Shown here: positions 37,129 to 46,117 of the stretch, piece by piece
Layout: every line of letters starts with the position of its first letter
Position numbering within the stretch: position 1 is the stretch's first letter
NCBI GenBank assembly: GCA_965238005.1
Contig: OZ250165.1
Location: 1,280,001 to 1,344,000 of the forward strand
From: Longimicrobiales bacterium
GTDB lineage: Bacteria > Gemmatimonadota > Gemmatimonadetes > Longimicrobiales > Gaopeijiaceae
DNA: 64,000 bases
Direction: 5' to 3'
Notes under the pieces: generated by a model
Databases searched by the model: none
Told to the model about the DNA's origin: nothing
The model's input: only the letters and a program-made list of their open reading frames with translations
Position numbers and translations under genes: made by a program

Positions 37129-39528
37129 GTGACCCGGCATCGGAGGTCGGTCGCTGTCGCGCTGCTCTCCGCTGCTGTCCTGGCGTACGAAGTGCTGCTG
37201 GTGCGGGTCTTCGCCATCGAGCAGTTCCACCACTTCGCCTACATGGCGGTGGGCGTCGCCATGCTGGGGTTCGGGGCCGCCGGTACGCTCGTCGCAATGG
37301 CGGGGCGCCTCCCTCTCCACAGCGCCAGCCGTTGGCTGGCCTTCTCCGCGGCGGCGGCGGCGGCGCTGATCGCAAGTCCTGCGCTGACCCACACCGTGTC
37401 CCTGGATCCGACGCAGATCGCATGGGGCCTCGGCCAGTTGCTAAGGCTCGGGCTGGTATACCTCCTCCTTGCGCTCCCCTTCGGCTTGGCGGCGGTAACG
37501 ATCCTGCTCGCGATCACGCTGGAGTCGGAGCGGCCAGGCCTCATCTACGGCGCGAGCTTCCTTGGCTCCGGGGCCGGTGCTCTCTTGGCCACGGCTGCGC
37601 TGGTCTGGTTTCTTCCGGAGCGGGCTCTGGCGGTACCTGCTGTGCTCGGGGCGATGGCCGCGGTGGTGGTCCCGCGGGTCGATTCCCGTGTGCCCGCGGG
37701 AGTGGGATGGATCGCCGTGGCAGCCTCGCTGGCCGTGCTGGTGCACCCTCTCTGGCGGCTGGATGTCACGCCCTACAAGGCACTACCTCAGGTCGAGGCC
37801 TTCCCGGATGCCCGCCGCGTCGCCGAGTACGCATCCCCCATCGGCTGGGTCGTGGCCGTGGAAGCACCCGCGTTTCGCAGTGCCCCCGGTCTCTCCCTCG
37901 GGTACCGTGGATCGCTCCCCCCGCAGACCGGGATCTTCGTGGACGGACAACTTGTCGGAGCTCTGGCAGACTGGGCAGACGACGGCGTGGACACCGGCGT
38001 TCTCGATTGGCTGCCGTCCGCTCTGCCGTACGCCTTGGGAGGACGTGAGCGCGTGCTCGTGTTGGGGGCTGGGGGAGGGACCGAGCTCTGGAATGCGGCT
38101 GTACACGGGGCTCGCGAAGTCTCGGCGGTCGAGCTCCATCCCGACGTGGCCCGACTGGCGGCGACCTCCGAGCGCATTCTCGACGCCGAAATCGAATGGG
38201 TGATCGGTGACGCCCGGGCCTTCGTGGCGCGGACGCGGGAGCGGTTCGACCTCGTCACTCTCGGCGCGGGTGGCGGATTCGGGACAACCGCCGCCGGCGT
38301 TCACGCGCTCAACGAGGACTTCCTTCACACCGTTGACGCCTATGTCGCCTATCTCGATCTACTGGGCCCCGGGGGAGTCCTGGCGGTCACCAGGTGGCTG
38401 AGCATCCCACCGCGGGAGTCGATTCGGGTCATCCTGACTGCCGCGGAGGCGTTGCGTCGTACGGCGCCCCAGGCCGTGGCGAACGGACTGGTAGTGATGC
38501 GGAGTTGGGCGACGGCGACCGTGCTGGTGAAGCGGTCTGGCTTCACCTCTACCGATGTCGCTGCCCTCGAGGAATGGACCGGGAGGAGAGCATTCGACAT
38601 CGACTGGCGCCCCGATCTCACCACTCCGGCGACCACATATCACCTGATCGACGACCCCCTGCTCTTCGAGGCTGCGGCTACGGCTACAGTCGGTCGCGAC
38701 GAGGCGACCGAGTGGGCGGCGACCTACCCATTCAACGTCGAGCCCGTCGACGACGCACGCCCGTATCCGCACCAGTTTCTCCGTGCCGGCTCCATCGGCG
38801 TGTTCCTGCGCGGCGACCGAAGCGACTGGCTCCCGTTCGCCGAGTGGGGATACATCGCCTTGCTGGCGACGCTCCTCCAAAGCGTGGTGCTCGCGGCCGG
38901 TGCCATCCTGGTGCCGGCGGCGCTGGGCGTGGGCTCGGTCGGTTCGGGCCGGTTGGTGCCGATCCTGGGGTATTTCGCGGCCATCGGCCTGGCCTATCTG
39001 GCGGCCGAGATCGCCGCCATCCAGCAGCTCAGCCTTCTCCTCGGACATCCGGTGTACGCCGTGACGGCCGTTCTGGTCGCGTTCCTCACCAGCTCTGGCT
39101 TGGGGAGCATCTGGTCGGACCGGATCGCGGTCCATCGCGGATGGATGCTGCTCCTGGGAATAGCGGCGCTGTTGTTGGTCTACTCGGGAGCACTGCTCCA
39201 CCTCGTGCATCTCCTCCAACCGCTGCCGCTGGCGGCGCGGGCGGGCTTCGGGGTGTTCGCCGTGGCGCCGTTGGGATTCCTCATGGGGGCGCCCTTTCCG
39301 GTGGGGCTGCGAGCTCTCGCCGGGGGCGACGTGCCCTGCACGGCGTGGGCGTGGGCCGCCAACGGCTTCGCCTCGGTAGTGGCCGCTCCGCTGGCCGCCC
39401 TCATCGCCGTCGAGGCAGGATCTCCGGTAGTGCTGCTGGTGGGCGGGATCTCGTACGGGATGGCTGCGGCCGTCCTCTTCCGTGGGGGGAGCATTGCCGT
39501 GGAGCCTCAGCCGATGACGGCGCGGTAG
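37129..39528 (+). CDS. Membrane-embedded spermidine-synthase-like SAM-dependent transferase
   Basis: N- and C-terminal TM bundles around VLVLGAGGG...AVELHP...GDARAF; C-terminal WAWAANGFASV. Confidence 0.82.
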   Translation: MTRHRRSVAVALLSAAVLAYEVLLVRVFAIEQFHHFAYMAVGVAMLGFGAAGTLVAMAGRLPLHSASRWLAFSAAAAAALIASPALTHTVSLDPTQIAWGLGQLLRLGLVYLLLALPFGLAAVTILLAITLESERPGLIYGASFLGSGAGALLATAALVWFLPERALAVPAVLGAMAAVVVPRVDSRVPAGVGWIAVAASLAVLVHPLWRLDVTPYKALPQVEAFPDARRVAEYASPIGWVVAVEAPAFRSAPGLSLGYRGSLPPQTGIFVDGQLVGALADWADDGVDTGVLDWLPSALPYALGGRERVLVLGAGGGTELWNAAVHGAREVSAVELHPDVARLAATSERILDAEIEWVIGDARAFVARTRERFDLVTLGAGGGFGTTAAGVHALNEDFLHTVDAYVAYLDLLGPGGVLAVTRWLSIPPRESIRVILTAAEALRRTAPQAVANGLVVMRSWATATVLVKRSGFTSTDVAALEEWTGRRAFDIDWRPDLTTPATTYHLIDDPLLFEAAATATVGRDEATEWAATYPFNVEPVDDARPYPHQFLRAGSIGVFLRGDRSDWLPFAEWGYIALLATLLQSVVLAAGAILVPAALGVGSVGSGRLVPILGYFAAIGLAYLAAEIAAIQQLSLLLGHPVYAVTAVLVAFLTSSGLGSIWSDRIAVHRGWMLLLGIAALLLVYSGALLHLVHLLQPLPLAARAGFGVFAVAPLGFLMGAPFPVGLRALAGGDVPCTAWAWAANGFASVVAAPLAALIAVEAGSPVVLLVGGISYGMAAAVLFRGGSIAVEPQPMTAR

Positions 39529-39713
39529 AGCCGGTTGAGGCCAGGCCCATGATCCGCTTCACGTCGTTCTCCGAGTAGCCTCGGAACTCGAGGCCGTCCC
39601 AGACCACTGTCATCCGTGGGGCGCGGAGAAGCGCGTACCCCCGCCACCTCAGCGGTCAGGGGGGTGGCGAGAGCGGAGGCGGCCGCAGTCCTGAGGAAGG
39701 CTCTACGGTGCAT
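39507..39713 (-). pseudogene. Internally deleted Tat-exported membrane dipeptidase (M19)-like gene
   Basis: Tat signal MHRRAFLRTAAASALA joined, with frame changes, to a C-terminus RMTVVWDGLEFRGYSENDVKRIMG...RLYRAVIG*; the catalytic core is missing. Confidence 0.65.
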
Positions 39714-39722
39714 ACTGATCTC

Positions 39723-40460
39723 TCAAGGCGTGTCTGCCGAGAACCTGCCTTCCCGGACGAAATGGATGGTCTGATCCGCCACGTCACGGCGGTTCATGAT
39801 GAACGTATGGGTGGCCCCGATGACGAGGAACGCTGCAGCCCCCTCGAGGCGGGCTCGATCCACCGCCACCTTGCCGTCGTCAGGACCGGGGATGAGCCAC
39901 GAGCCGATGGGGTTCATGCTCCGATTCCCGGTGATGATCCCCAGCTCGAAGTTGGCCGGACCGAGCTGCTGTGCGATCCCTGTGCTGTCCGTTCCGAGGC
40001 GTGATCCGGTCGGCCCCAGGATCCTGCTGAGGGCGGGTGACTCGGCGACGAGATCGGCGACGAAGTCGGCGATCTCGCTCCCCTGGTTGGGAGGGGCGAG
40101 CATCACGACCCGTCCGACGTGATCCGGCGAGTACTCCGCGAGATAGAGTCGCACGAGAATGCCTCCCATGGAGTGGGTCACGAAGTGGACGCGTTCCATC
40201 CCCTGGGCACAGCACTCCTCCAACTGGCCCCTGAGGCTGGCGACCAGGCTCTCGATGGGCTCCTCGGTGGACGGGTAGCCGAAGTTCAGCACCCGGAATC
40301 CGGCGGCCTCGAGTCGCTCGACGAGGATCGCCATCGACGCGGGCGTCCGGCGGAGCCCGTGAACGACGATGACGGTCTCGGCGTCGGCGTCGGGCGGCGG
40401 TGACCAGCACCCGGCGACGAGCGCAGCGACAGCCGCGGCGGCGAGCAGAAATGGGTGCAT
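39723..40460 (-). CDS. Alpha/beta hydrolase (lipase/esterase) lipoprotein
   Basis: Lipobox VAGC; VHGL, HFVTHSMGG, PPNQGS, DDGKV, HTFIM. Confidence 0.88.
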   Translation of the reverse strand: MHPFLLAAAAVAALVAGCWSPPPDADAETVIVVHGLRRTPASMAILVERLEAAGFRVLNFGYPSTEEPIESLVASLRGQLEECCAQGMERVHFVTHSMGGILVRLYLAEYSPDHVGRVVMLAPPNQGSEIADFVADLVAESPALSRILGPTGSRLGTDSTGIAQQLGPANFELGIITGNRSMNPIGSWLIPGPDDGKVAVDRARLEGAAAFLVIGATHTFIMNRRDVADQTIHFVREGRFSADTP

Positions 40461-40661
40461 CGTTGTCGGCAAGGCTCCTCCACCTCTTTGGTGCTTCCAC
40501 TACTAACGGTACGAGCATCCGCCCGCGTCGCACAGAGGCCGTGGCCCCCTTGGGGGCCCACCATTGCAGAAATGTCCGAGGCGGTGGTATGTCCCATCGG
40601 GGCGGACGCTCCTCGTACAGGAGCGATCGTTCGCTGGTTCCCCAGTCGGCAAGGAACGACC

Positions 40662-41894
40662 ATGACGACCCGCAGATCCTTTCTCCAAGGTGCGGCGGTG
40701 CTCCCACTCGGGACACTGCTCCCTCTCGAAGACGCAGGCTCACCTCTCCGGTCCATCACCAGGCAGGCTGACACCAGGCGGGCGGACCGAGACTACTTCG
40801 AGGAGCTTGGGCTCGGCTCGTTCATCAATGCGGCGGCCCCGTACTCCTCGCTATCGGGCTCGCCCATGTGGCCCGAGGTCATCGAAGCGATGGACTACGC
40901 GATGGCCAGGCGCGCCCGGATGAAGGATCTGCACGACGCCGTCGGCCAACGGATCGCCGAGATGGCGGGAAGCGACGCAGCAATGGTCACGGCCGGTGCG
41001 ACCTCCGCCATAACCCTCGGGACGGCGGCATGCCTGACCGGCACGAACGAAGATTTCATCCATCGCCTTCCCGACACGACGGGCATGAAGGACGAGGTGA
41101 TCATCCAGAAGGGCCACCGCTACAGCTACGAGCACGCCGTCCGGAACTGCGGCGTGCGACTGGTGGAGGTGGAGACGATGGGCGACGTGGAGTGGGCCAT
41201 CGGTGCGGGCACGGCCATGCTGATTTTCAACTACAGCCAGGTGGACCGCGGACTCGTCGGGGCCGAAGAGTGGGTAGAGATCGGCCGGACGCGTGGGATA
41301 CCGACCTTCTGCGACGGAGCCACCATGCTCCCACCCATCGAGAATATGTACGAGCTGGTGAGCTTCGGATTCGACCTGCTGTGCTTCTCCGGCGGGAAGG
41401 GGCTGCGGGGCCCCTACAGCGCGGGACTCCTCATGGGTCGTCCGGACCTCATTGCGGCGGCTCGCCTGAACTCGGCGCCCAACGATGACACCATCGGCCG
41501 GGGCATGAAGGTCGCCAAGGAGGAGCTCCTCGGGGCCATGGTGGCGCTCGAGGCCACCGTCGCCTTCGACTACGAGAGTGACATCAGGAAGAGGAGGGAG
41601 TGGGTCGACGCCATCTCCGGAGAGGTGGACAAGGTCCCCGGCGTGGAGACCCTGGTGCACTACCCCAAGGGCGACAATCACCAGCCCCAGCTGCGCATCA
41701 CGTGGGATGAATCTAGGATCCGGCTCACACCCGCCGAGGCGAAGCAGCGGCTCAGGGATGGGGATCCGGTCGTGGAGGTCCACTCCCTGGGCCTGACCGA
41801 CGGGCATCTGGAGCTCACGGCATGGGTCCTCGAGGCCGACGAGGTCGAGATCGTGGGCCGCCGCGTCCGTGAGGTTCTCGAGGCGGCGTCATGA
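40662..41894 (+). CDS. Tat-exported SelA/DgaE-like PLP-dependent enzyme
   Basis: MTTRRSFLQG Tat signal; FINAA, PLP lysine in FSGGKGLRGP, IGRGMKVAKEE. Confidence 0.85.
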   Translation: MTTRRSFLQGAAVLPLGTLLPLEDAGSPLRSITRQADTRRADRDYFEELGLGSFINAAAPYSSLSGSPMWPEVIEAMDYAMARRARMKDLHDAVGQRIAEMAGSDAAMVTAGATSAITLGTAACLTGTNEDFIHRLPDTTGMKDEVIIQKGHRYSYEHAVRNCGVRLVEVETMGDVEWAIGAGTAMLIFNYSQVDRGLVGAEEWVEIGRTRGIPTFCDGATMLPPIENMYELVSFGFDLLCFSGGKGLRGPYSAGLLMGRPDLIAAARLNSAPNDDTIGRGMKVAKEELLGAMVALEATVAFDYESDIRKRREWVDAISGEVDKVPGVETLVHYPKGDNHQPQLRITWDESRIRLTPAEAKQRLRDGDPVVEVHSLGLTDGHLELTAWVLEADEVEIVGRRVREVLEAAS

Positions 41895-43669
41895 GGGAGC
41901 CACTCGCTTGGAGATGTCGACCGACGAAGAACCGTATTCCGCGTCTCGCCCTCCTGCTCATGGTTCTTGCCATGACCGCTTGCGCTTCCGGTGAAGCTGG
42001 TCAGCCCGGCGATGCCGGATCCCTGGAAACCGAGACCCGCGTGGAGTTTCCTGCCACCAACCGCCCCGACGTCCGGGGCACGCACGGCGCCGTGAGCTCG
42101 GATCACTCGCTCGCGACGGCCGTCGGCTACACGGTGCTCCAAAACGGTGGCAACGCTGTCGACGCGGTGGTGGCCATGGCCGGGGTTCTGGCGGTCGTAC
42201 GGCCCCACATGAACGGGGTGGGCGGAGATGCCTTCGGCATCTTCTACGACGGCGAGACCGGCGATGTGGTGGGGATGAACGGCAGCGGCAGGGCGGGCGC
42301 CTTGGCCACGCCCGCATTCTTCAAGGAGGCCGGACACGAGGACATTCCCGGGTCTGGACCGCTCTCGGTGAGCGTTCCCGGGGCGGTGGCGGCCTGGGAC
42401 GACGCGCTGGCCCGCTTCGGCACGATGTCCCTCGGCGAGGTCCTGGCGCCGGCCATCGCCTACGCGAGAGACGGCTTCCCGGTCTCCAGCCGGCTGGCCA
42501 GCGACATCGAGGGCGCGTCACAGGGCCTCAACGACGCGGCGCGAGGCATCTACCTGCCTGGGGGCGAGCCCCCACGCGTGGGCTCGCTCTTCAAGAACCC
42601 GGCGCTGGCCGCCACCCTCGAGCGGATCGCCACCGGCGGAAAGGACGCGTTCTACAAGGGGGCGCCGGCCGAGGCCATCTCCCGGTTCCTGGAGAAGGAG
42701 GGTGGCTACCTGCGGGCGGGCGACTTCGCCGCTCACAGCACCACCTGGACGGAGCCTCTGGAAGGGTCATACGTGGACCACCGCATCCTGGTCTTGCCCC
42801 CCAACACGCAGGGGCTCGCGCAGCTCCAGCTGATGGAGATGGCCAAGGCCCACGATCTGGGCAGGATGGGCCACAACTCGGCGGACTACCTCCACACCTT
42901 GATCGAGCTCAAGAAGCTCGCCTTCGCGGACCGCGATCGCTGGGTGGCCGATCCCGAGCACGCCGACTTGCCCATCGATGCGCTTCTCGACACGGACTAC
43001 CTGCGTGAGCGCGCCGGCCTCGTCGGACCCGCGGCCGCGGACGAGGTCGCTCCCGGCATCCAGGGTGCGGTGGCCGCGGACCCCTCCCGGGGGGGGGACC
43101 ACGACGACGCGGGCGACACCGTCTACCTCACGGCGGTGGACCAGTGGGGCAACGGGGTGAGCTGGATCCAGAGCCTCTTCGGATCCTTCGGGTCCGGGCT
43201 CCTGGAGCCGGAGACGGGGGTGGTGCTCCAAAACCGCGGCGCGCTCTTCACCATGAACCCCGCCCACCCCAACCTCGTCGGTCCGGGCAAGCGCCCCTAC
43301 CACACGCTCACGCCCTTGATGGCGCTCAACGCCGACGGCAGCCTGGCTTTCACCCTCGGCACGCCAGGTGGCGACAGCCAAACCCAGTCGCTGATCCAGA
43401 TCGTGAACAACCTCTTCCTATTCGGGATGACGCCTCAGGAGAGCATCGAAGCGCCCCGCTTCCGGAGCTACGACGACCTCAGTGTGGCCTTCGAGGATCG
43501 ATTCCCGGGAGCGGTCCTCGCGGAGCTGGCGGCGCGCGGCCACGAGCCGCGGGTGACGCACGGCTGGACGGCCACCTTCGGTGGGGCTCAGATGATCCGT
43601 ATCGAGCCGTCCGGGACGCTTACGGCGGCGGCGGACCCCCGACGGGAGGCGTACGCCATGGCGTACTGA
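41891..43669 (+). CDS. ggt: Gamma-glutamyltransferase (lipoprotein)
   Basis: GGNAVDA, GVGGDAF, SVPG, autocleavage DTVYLTAVD, LQNRG, PGKRPYHTL, GTPGG, DPRRE. Confidence 0.93.
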   Translation: MREPLAWRCRPTKNRIPRLALLLMVLAMTACASGEAGQPGDAGSLETETRVEFPATNRPDVRGTHGAVSSDHSLATAVGYTVLQNGGNAVDAVVAMAGVLAVVRPHMNGVGGDAFGIFYDGETGDVVGMNGSGRAGALATPAFFKEAGHEDIPGSGPLSVSVPGAVAAWDDALARFGTMSLGEVLAPAIAYARDGFPVSSRLASDIEGASQGLNDAARGIYLPGGEPPRVGSLFKNPALAATLERIATGGKDAFYKGAPAEAISRFLEKEGGYLRAGDFAAHSTTWTEPLEGSYVDHRILVLPPNTQGLAQLQLMEMAKAHDLGRMGHNSADYLHTLIELKKLAFADRDRWVADPEHADLPIDALLDTDYLRERAGLVGPAAADEVAPGIQGAVAADPSRGGDHDDAGDTVYLTAVDQWGNGVSWIQSLFGSFGSGLLEPETGVVLQNRGALFTMNPAHPNLVGPGKRPYHTLTPLMALNADGSLAFTLGTPGGDSQTQSLIQIVNNLFLFGMTPQESIEAPRFRSYDDLSVAFEDRFPGAVLAELAARGHEPRVTHGWTATFGGAQMIRIEPSGTLTAAADPRREAYAMAY

Positions 43670-43849
43670 GGCGGCCGGTTGTGGGTGGCGAAAACCCCAT
43701 CCAAGTGGCGCGAGGGACTACGGGTGACTCAAGAGCGGCACGCCGATGGGTCAAAGGGTTGTCGAGAGCCGATGCCTACGCCTTTCGTGGCACAAAGTTC
43801 TCGCCACCGCGCTGGGCGACAAACCAGTCATGGACAAGAACGACACGCA

Positions 43850-45013
43850 TTATATTTGCTCGCGAGCAACCAAGGCAGCGTACACATCGAAGGTTTTACT
43901 GCCCATCGCCTCGACGCTACGGCGTCGGGCACGCCTACGACCAAATTCCCTTAGACGTTCCTGCGTCATGGGGTCTCCCAGGATATCCCGAATCGCTTTC
44001 CCGAGCTGAGGCAGGTCGCCGATGGGCACGAGAACATCTTGTTCCTCACTCCATTCACCCAAGAGTTCCCGGGCTCCCACCGTGTCAGTGGCAACGCATG
44101 GCCTTCCCACAGCCATGGCTTCGAGGAGTGCGAGCGGTTCACCTTCCCAGCGGGAGCTGAGCACAAAAAGGTCACTGGCTGTGAGTACGGTGGGGATGTC
44201 CGTCCTCTCTCCGAGAAAGAACGCGCACACGCCAAGGGTATCCGCCAGGCTTTCGAGCCGTCCTCGCTCGGGTCCGTCGCCGGCGATCACGATGCCCACT
44301 CCAGCAGAACCGGCAGCGCGAATTGCCACGTCAACACTCTTTTGCTTAACCAACCTAGCGACCGTGCAGACGAGCGGTTCTCGCTCGGGCAAGCCGAGGG
44401 CGTGACGGGCACGGAGCTTGTCTCCAGGTGCAAAGCGCCTCGTATCGATTCCATTCGGGATGTAGGTCGTGCGATCAACGGGAACGAATCTGGACACGAT
44501 GTCTCGTACGTCTGCGCGAGAAACACCGATCACCGCATCGGCATTGGAGCAGGCTGCCCGCTCTGCACTCGTGAGCAGGCGCTTTCGCAGCGGTCCGACG
44601 TCCTGACGATATGCCAAACCATGCACCGTATAGACGATCCTTGGAAAACTCCCCGCCAGGCGTCGAGCGAGAGCAGCAAAGAACCCAGCCCTGGTGCCGT
44701 GCAGATGCAGCAGATCCGGTTCAACGTCTCGCACCAGGCGAGCAATACGCCTTGGAGCGAGAACATCCCAGCGCGAGCGGAGCAAGTCGATCGAGCGCAC
44801 ATCCATCGTCTCGCGCTCCAACATGTGAGCCAGAGGGCCATCCGAGCCGACCGCGACAACCTGCTCCAATCGATCACGTAGCTGTCGCACCAAGCCCTGT
44901 AGATGCGAGGCTCCCCCACTCAGGGCACCCGTGGCCATCACATGCAGCACTCGGATTCGGGGGGATTCGCACCCCTCCGCTCGGTTGCCAACCAACTCCT
45001 CGGACCCCGTCAA
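43850..45013 (-). CDS. Glycosyltransferase family 4
   Basis: GGASHL, IPNGID, VARLVKQK, GDGP, SSRWEGEPLALLEAMA. Confidence 0.9.
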   Translation of the reverse strand: MTGSEELVGNRAEGCESPRIRVLHVMATGALSGGASHLQGLVRQLRDRLEQVVAVGSDGPLAHMLERETMDVRSIDLLRSRWDVLAPRRIARLVRDVEPDLLHLHGTRAGFFAALARRLAGSFPRIVYTVHGLAYRQDVGPLRKRLLTSAERAACSNADAVIGVSRADVRDIVSRFVPVDRTTYIPNGIDTRRFAPGDKLRARHALGLPEREPLVCTVARLVKQKSVDVAIRAAGSAGVGIVIAGDGPERGRLESLADTLGVCAFFLGERTDIPTVLTASDLFVLSSRWEGEPLALLEAMAVGRPCVATDTVGARELLGEWSEEQDVLVPIGDLPQLGKAIRDILGDPMTQERLREFGRRRARRRSVEAMGSKTFDVYAALVAREQI

Positions 45014-45834
45014 GGATGAAGCCCTCGCAACCTTAAATAGAGTCGCACGAGGAAGAGCCCCCCTGGTCCTCGATGCTTCTGCCAGTATAGCAGTTGGCTA
45101 TGTCGGTAGGCCCTCCGTGCAGACTCTGGTGACGTAGCAGCACTCTGTCCCCGCTCATGAACCACGGTGACCGTGGGGTCGTAGTATATGCGCCCGCTTC
45201 CCTCTATTAGGCGCATGCAAAAGTCTATGTCTTCGAAGTAAAGAAAATAGTCTTCATCAAAACCTGAAATCGCCTCGAATTCCGACCTCCAAACCAACAT
45301 TGCCGCTCCGCTCACCCACGCAACGGGCCTGGGTGTGCGATAAAGCCGATCGATTAGCCGTGCCGTGATTGTCCCTTTGGGGTCGAGCCTCTTCTGTACC
45401 CACTTTCTCAGCAATTCCGTTGTCAACGTCGGTTTGAGTCCAAAAGAGAGCTGAAAGAATCCTCGGCTATCGACTTGCCTGAAACCGATCGCCTTTGCAT
45501 CCTCCCGATCCTCCAGGGCCGCTTCCATCAGATCAAGCGCGCCAGCACTTAGTTCCGTGTCAGGATTTAGCAGCAGGATCTTCTCACCCTTCGTCACACT
45601 CGCTCCCGCGTTTACTGCCGCGGCGAAGCCACGATTCTGGTCGAACCGAACGAGGTTGAAGCCCGGAAACTCCTCTTGAACAAGACGAGCTGAGTCATCA
45701 CTTGAGGCGTTGTCCACAACAACCACCTCTGCGGACCGCGGAATAGAACGCAAACACCGACGCAGTAGTGCCGCCACGTTGTAGCTCACAACAATGACGG
45801 AAACAGGCCTGGCGGCCGCCCCATGGGGTATCAA
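45010..45834 (-). CDS. Glycosyltransferase family 2 (WbbL-like)
   Basis: VVDNASSD, NRGFAAAVN, LLLNPD, WVSGAAML, GFDEDYFLYFEDIDFC; visibly AT-richer DNA. Confidence 0.9.
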   Translation of the reverse strand: MIPHGAAARPVSVIVVSYNVAALLRRCLRSIPRSAEVVVVDNASSDDSARLVQEEFPGFNLVRFDQNRGFAAAVNAGASVTKGEKILLLNPDTELSAGALDLMEAALEDREDAKAIGFRQVDSRGFFQLSFGLKPTLTTELLRKWVQKRLDPKGTITARLIDRLYRTPRPVAWVSGAAMLVWRSEFEAISGFDEDYFLYFEDIDFCMRLIEGSGRIYYDPTVTVVHERGQSAATSPESARRAYRHSQLLYWQKHRGPGGLFLVRLYLRLRGLHP

Positions 45835-45984
45835 ACCTTGGATGGCAAGTCCTGAACGTTCCCGTGCGCCTTCTGTGAGTTCAGTTCAGCAACGAGAACT
45901 CCGTGAGAACATCGTGCATGACGTTGGTCGAATCGCACCGAGCTCGCAACCCTGCTTCGCATAGAACCTACAAGCGGGGTCGTT

Positions 45985-46092
45985 GATGTTCTGGCGTGTG
46001 TGTCTCCTGCCCATTCTGACCTCCTCGCTGAAAGCTGCGACCAAAGCCGGATCCTAACATCAACTTTGGTCTCGTTTCACGGGGTCACGTCA
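45985..46092 (-). mobile_element. IS3-family left-end remnant
   Basis: Minus strand TGACGTGACCCCGTGAAACGAGACCA (TG-start IS3-type IR), then AGGAGG and ATG 46014 encoding MGRRHT..., a degenerate form of the IS3 orfA start (RHTPEQI); the rest is lost. Confidence 0.6.
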
Positions 46093-46117
46093 CCTGCGGA
46101 GGCTCGTCGGATAGGCG

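Noticed and set aside
40662..41894. Selenocysteine synthase selA
   Set aside because: It has a Tat signal and no selB, selC or selD nearby; it fits the SelA-like/DgaE group instead.
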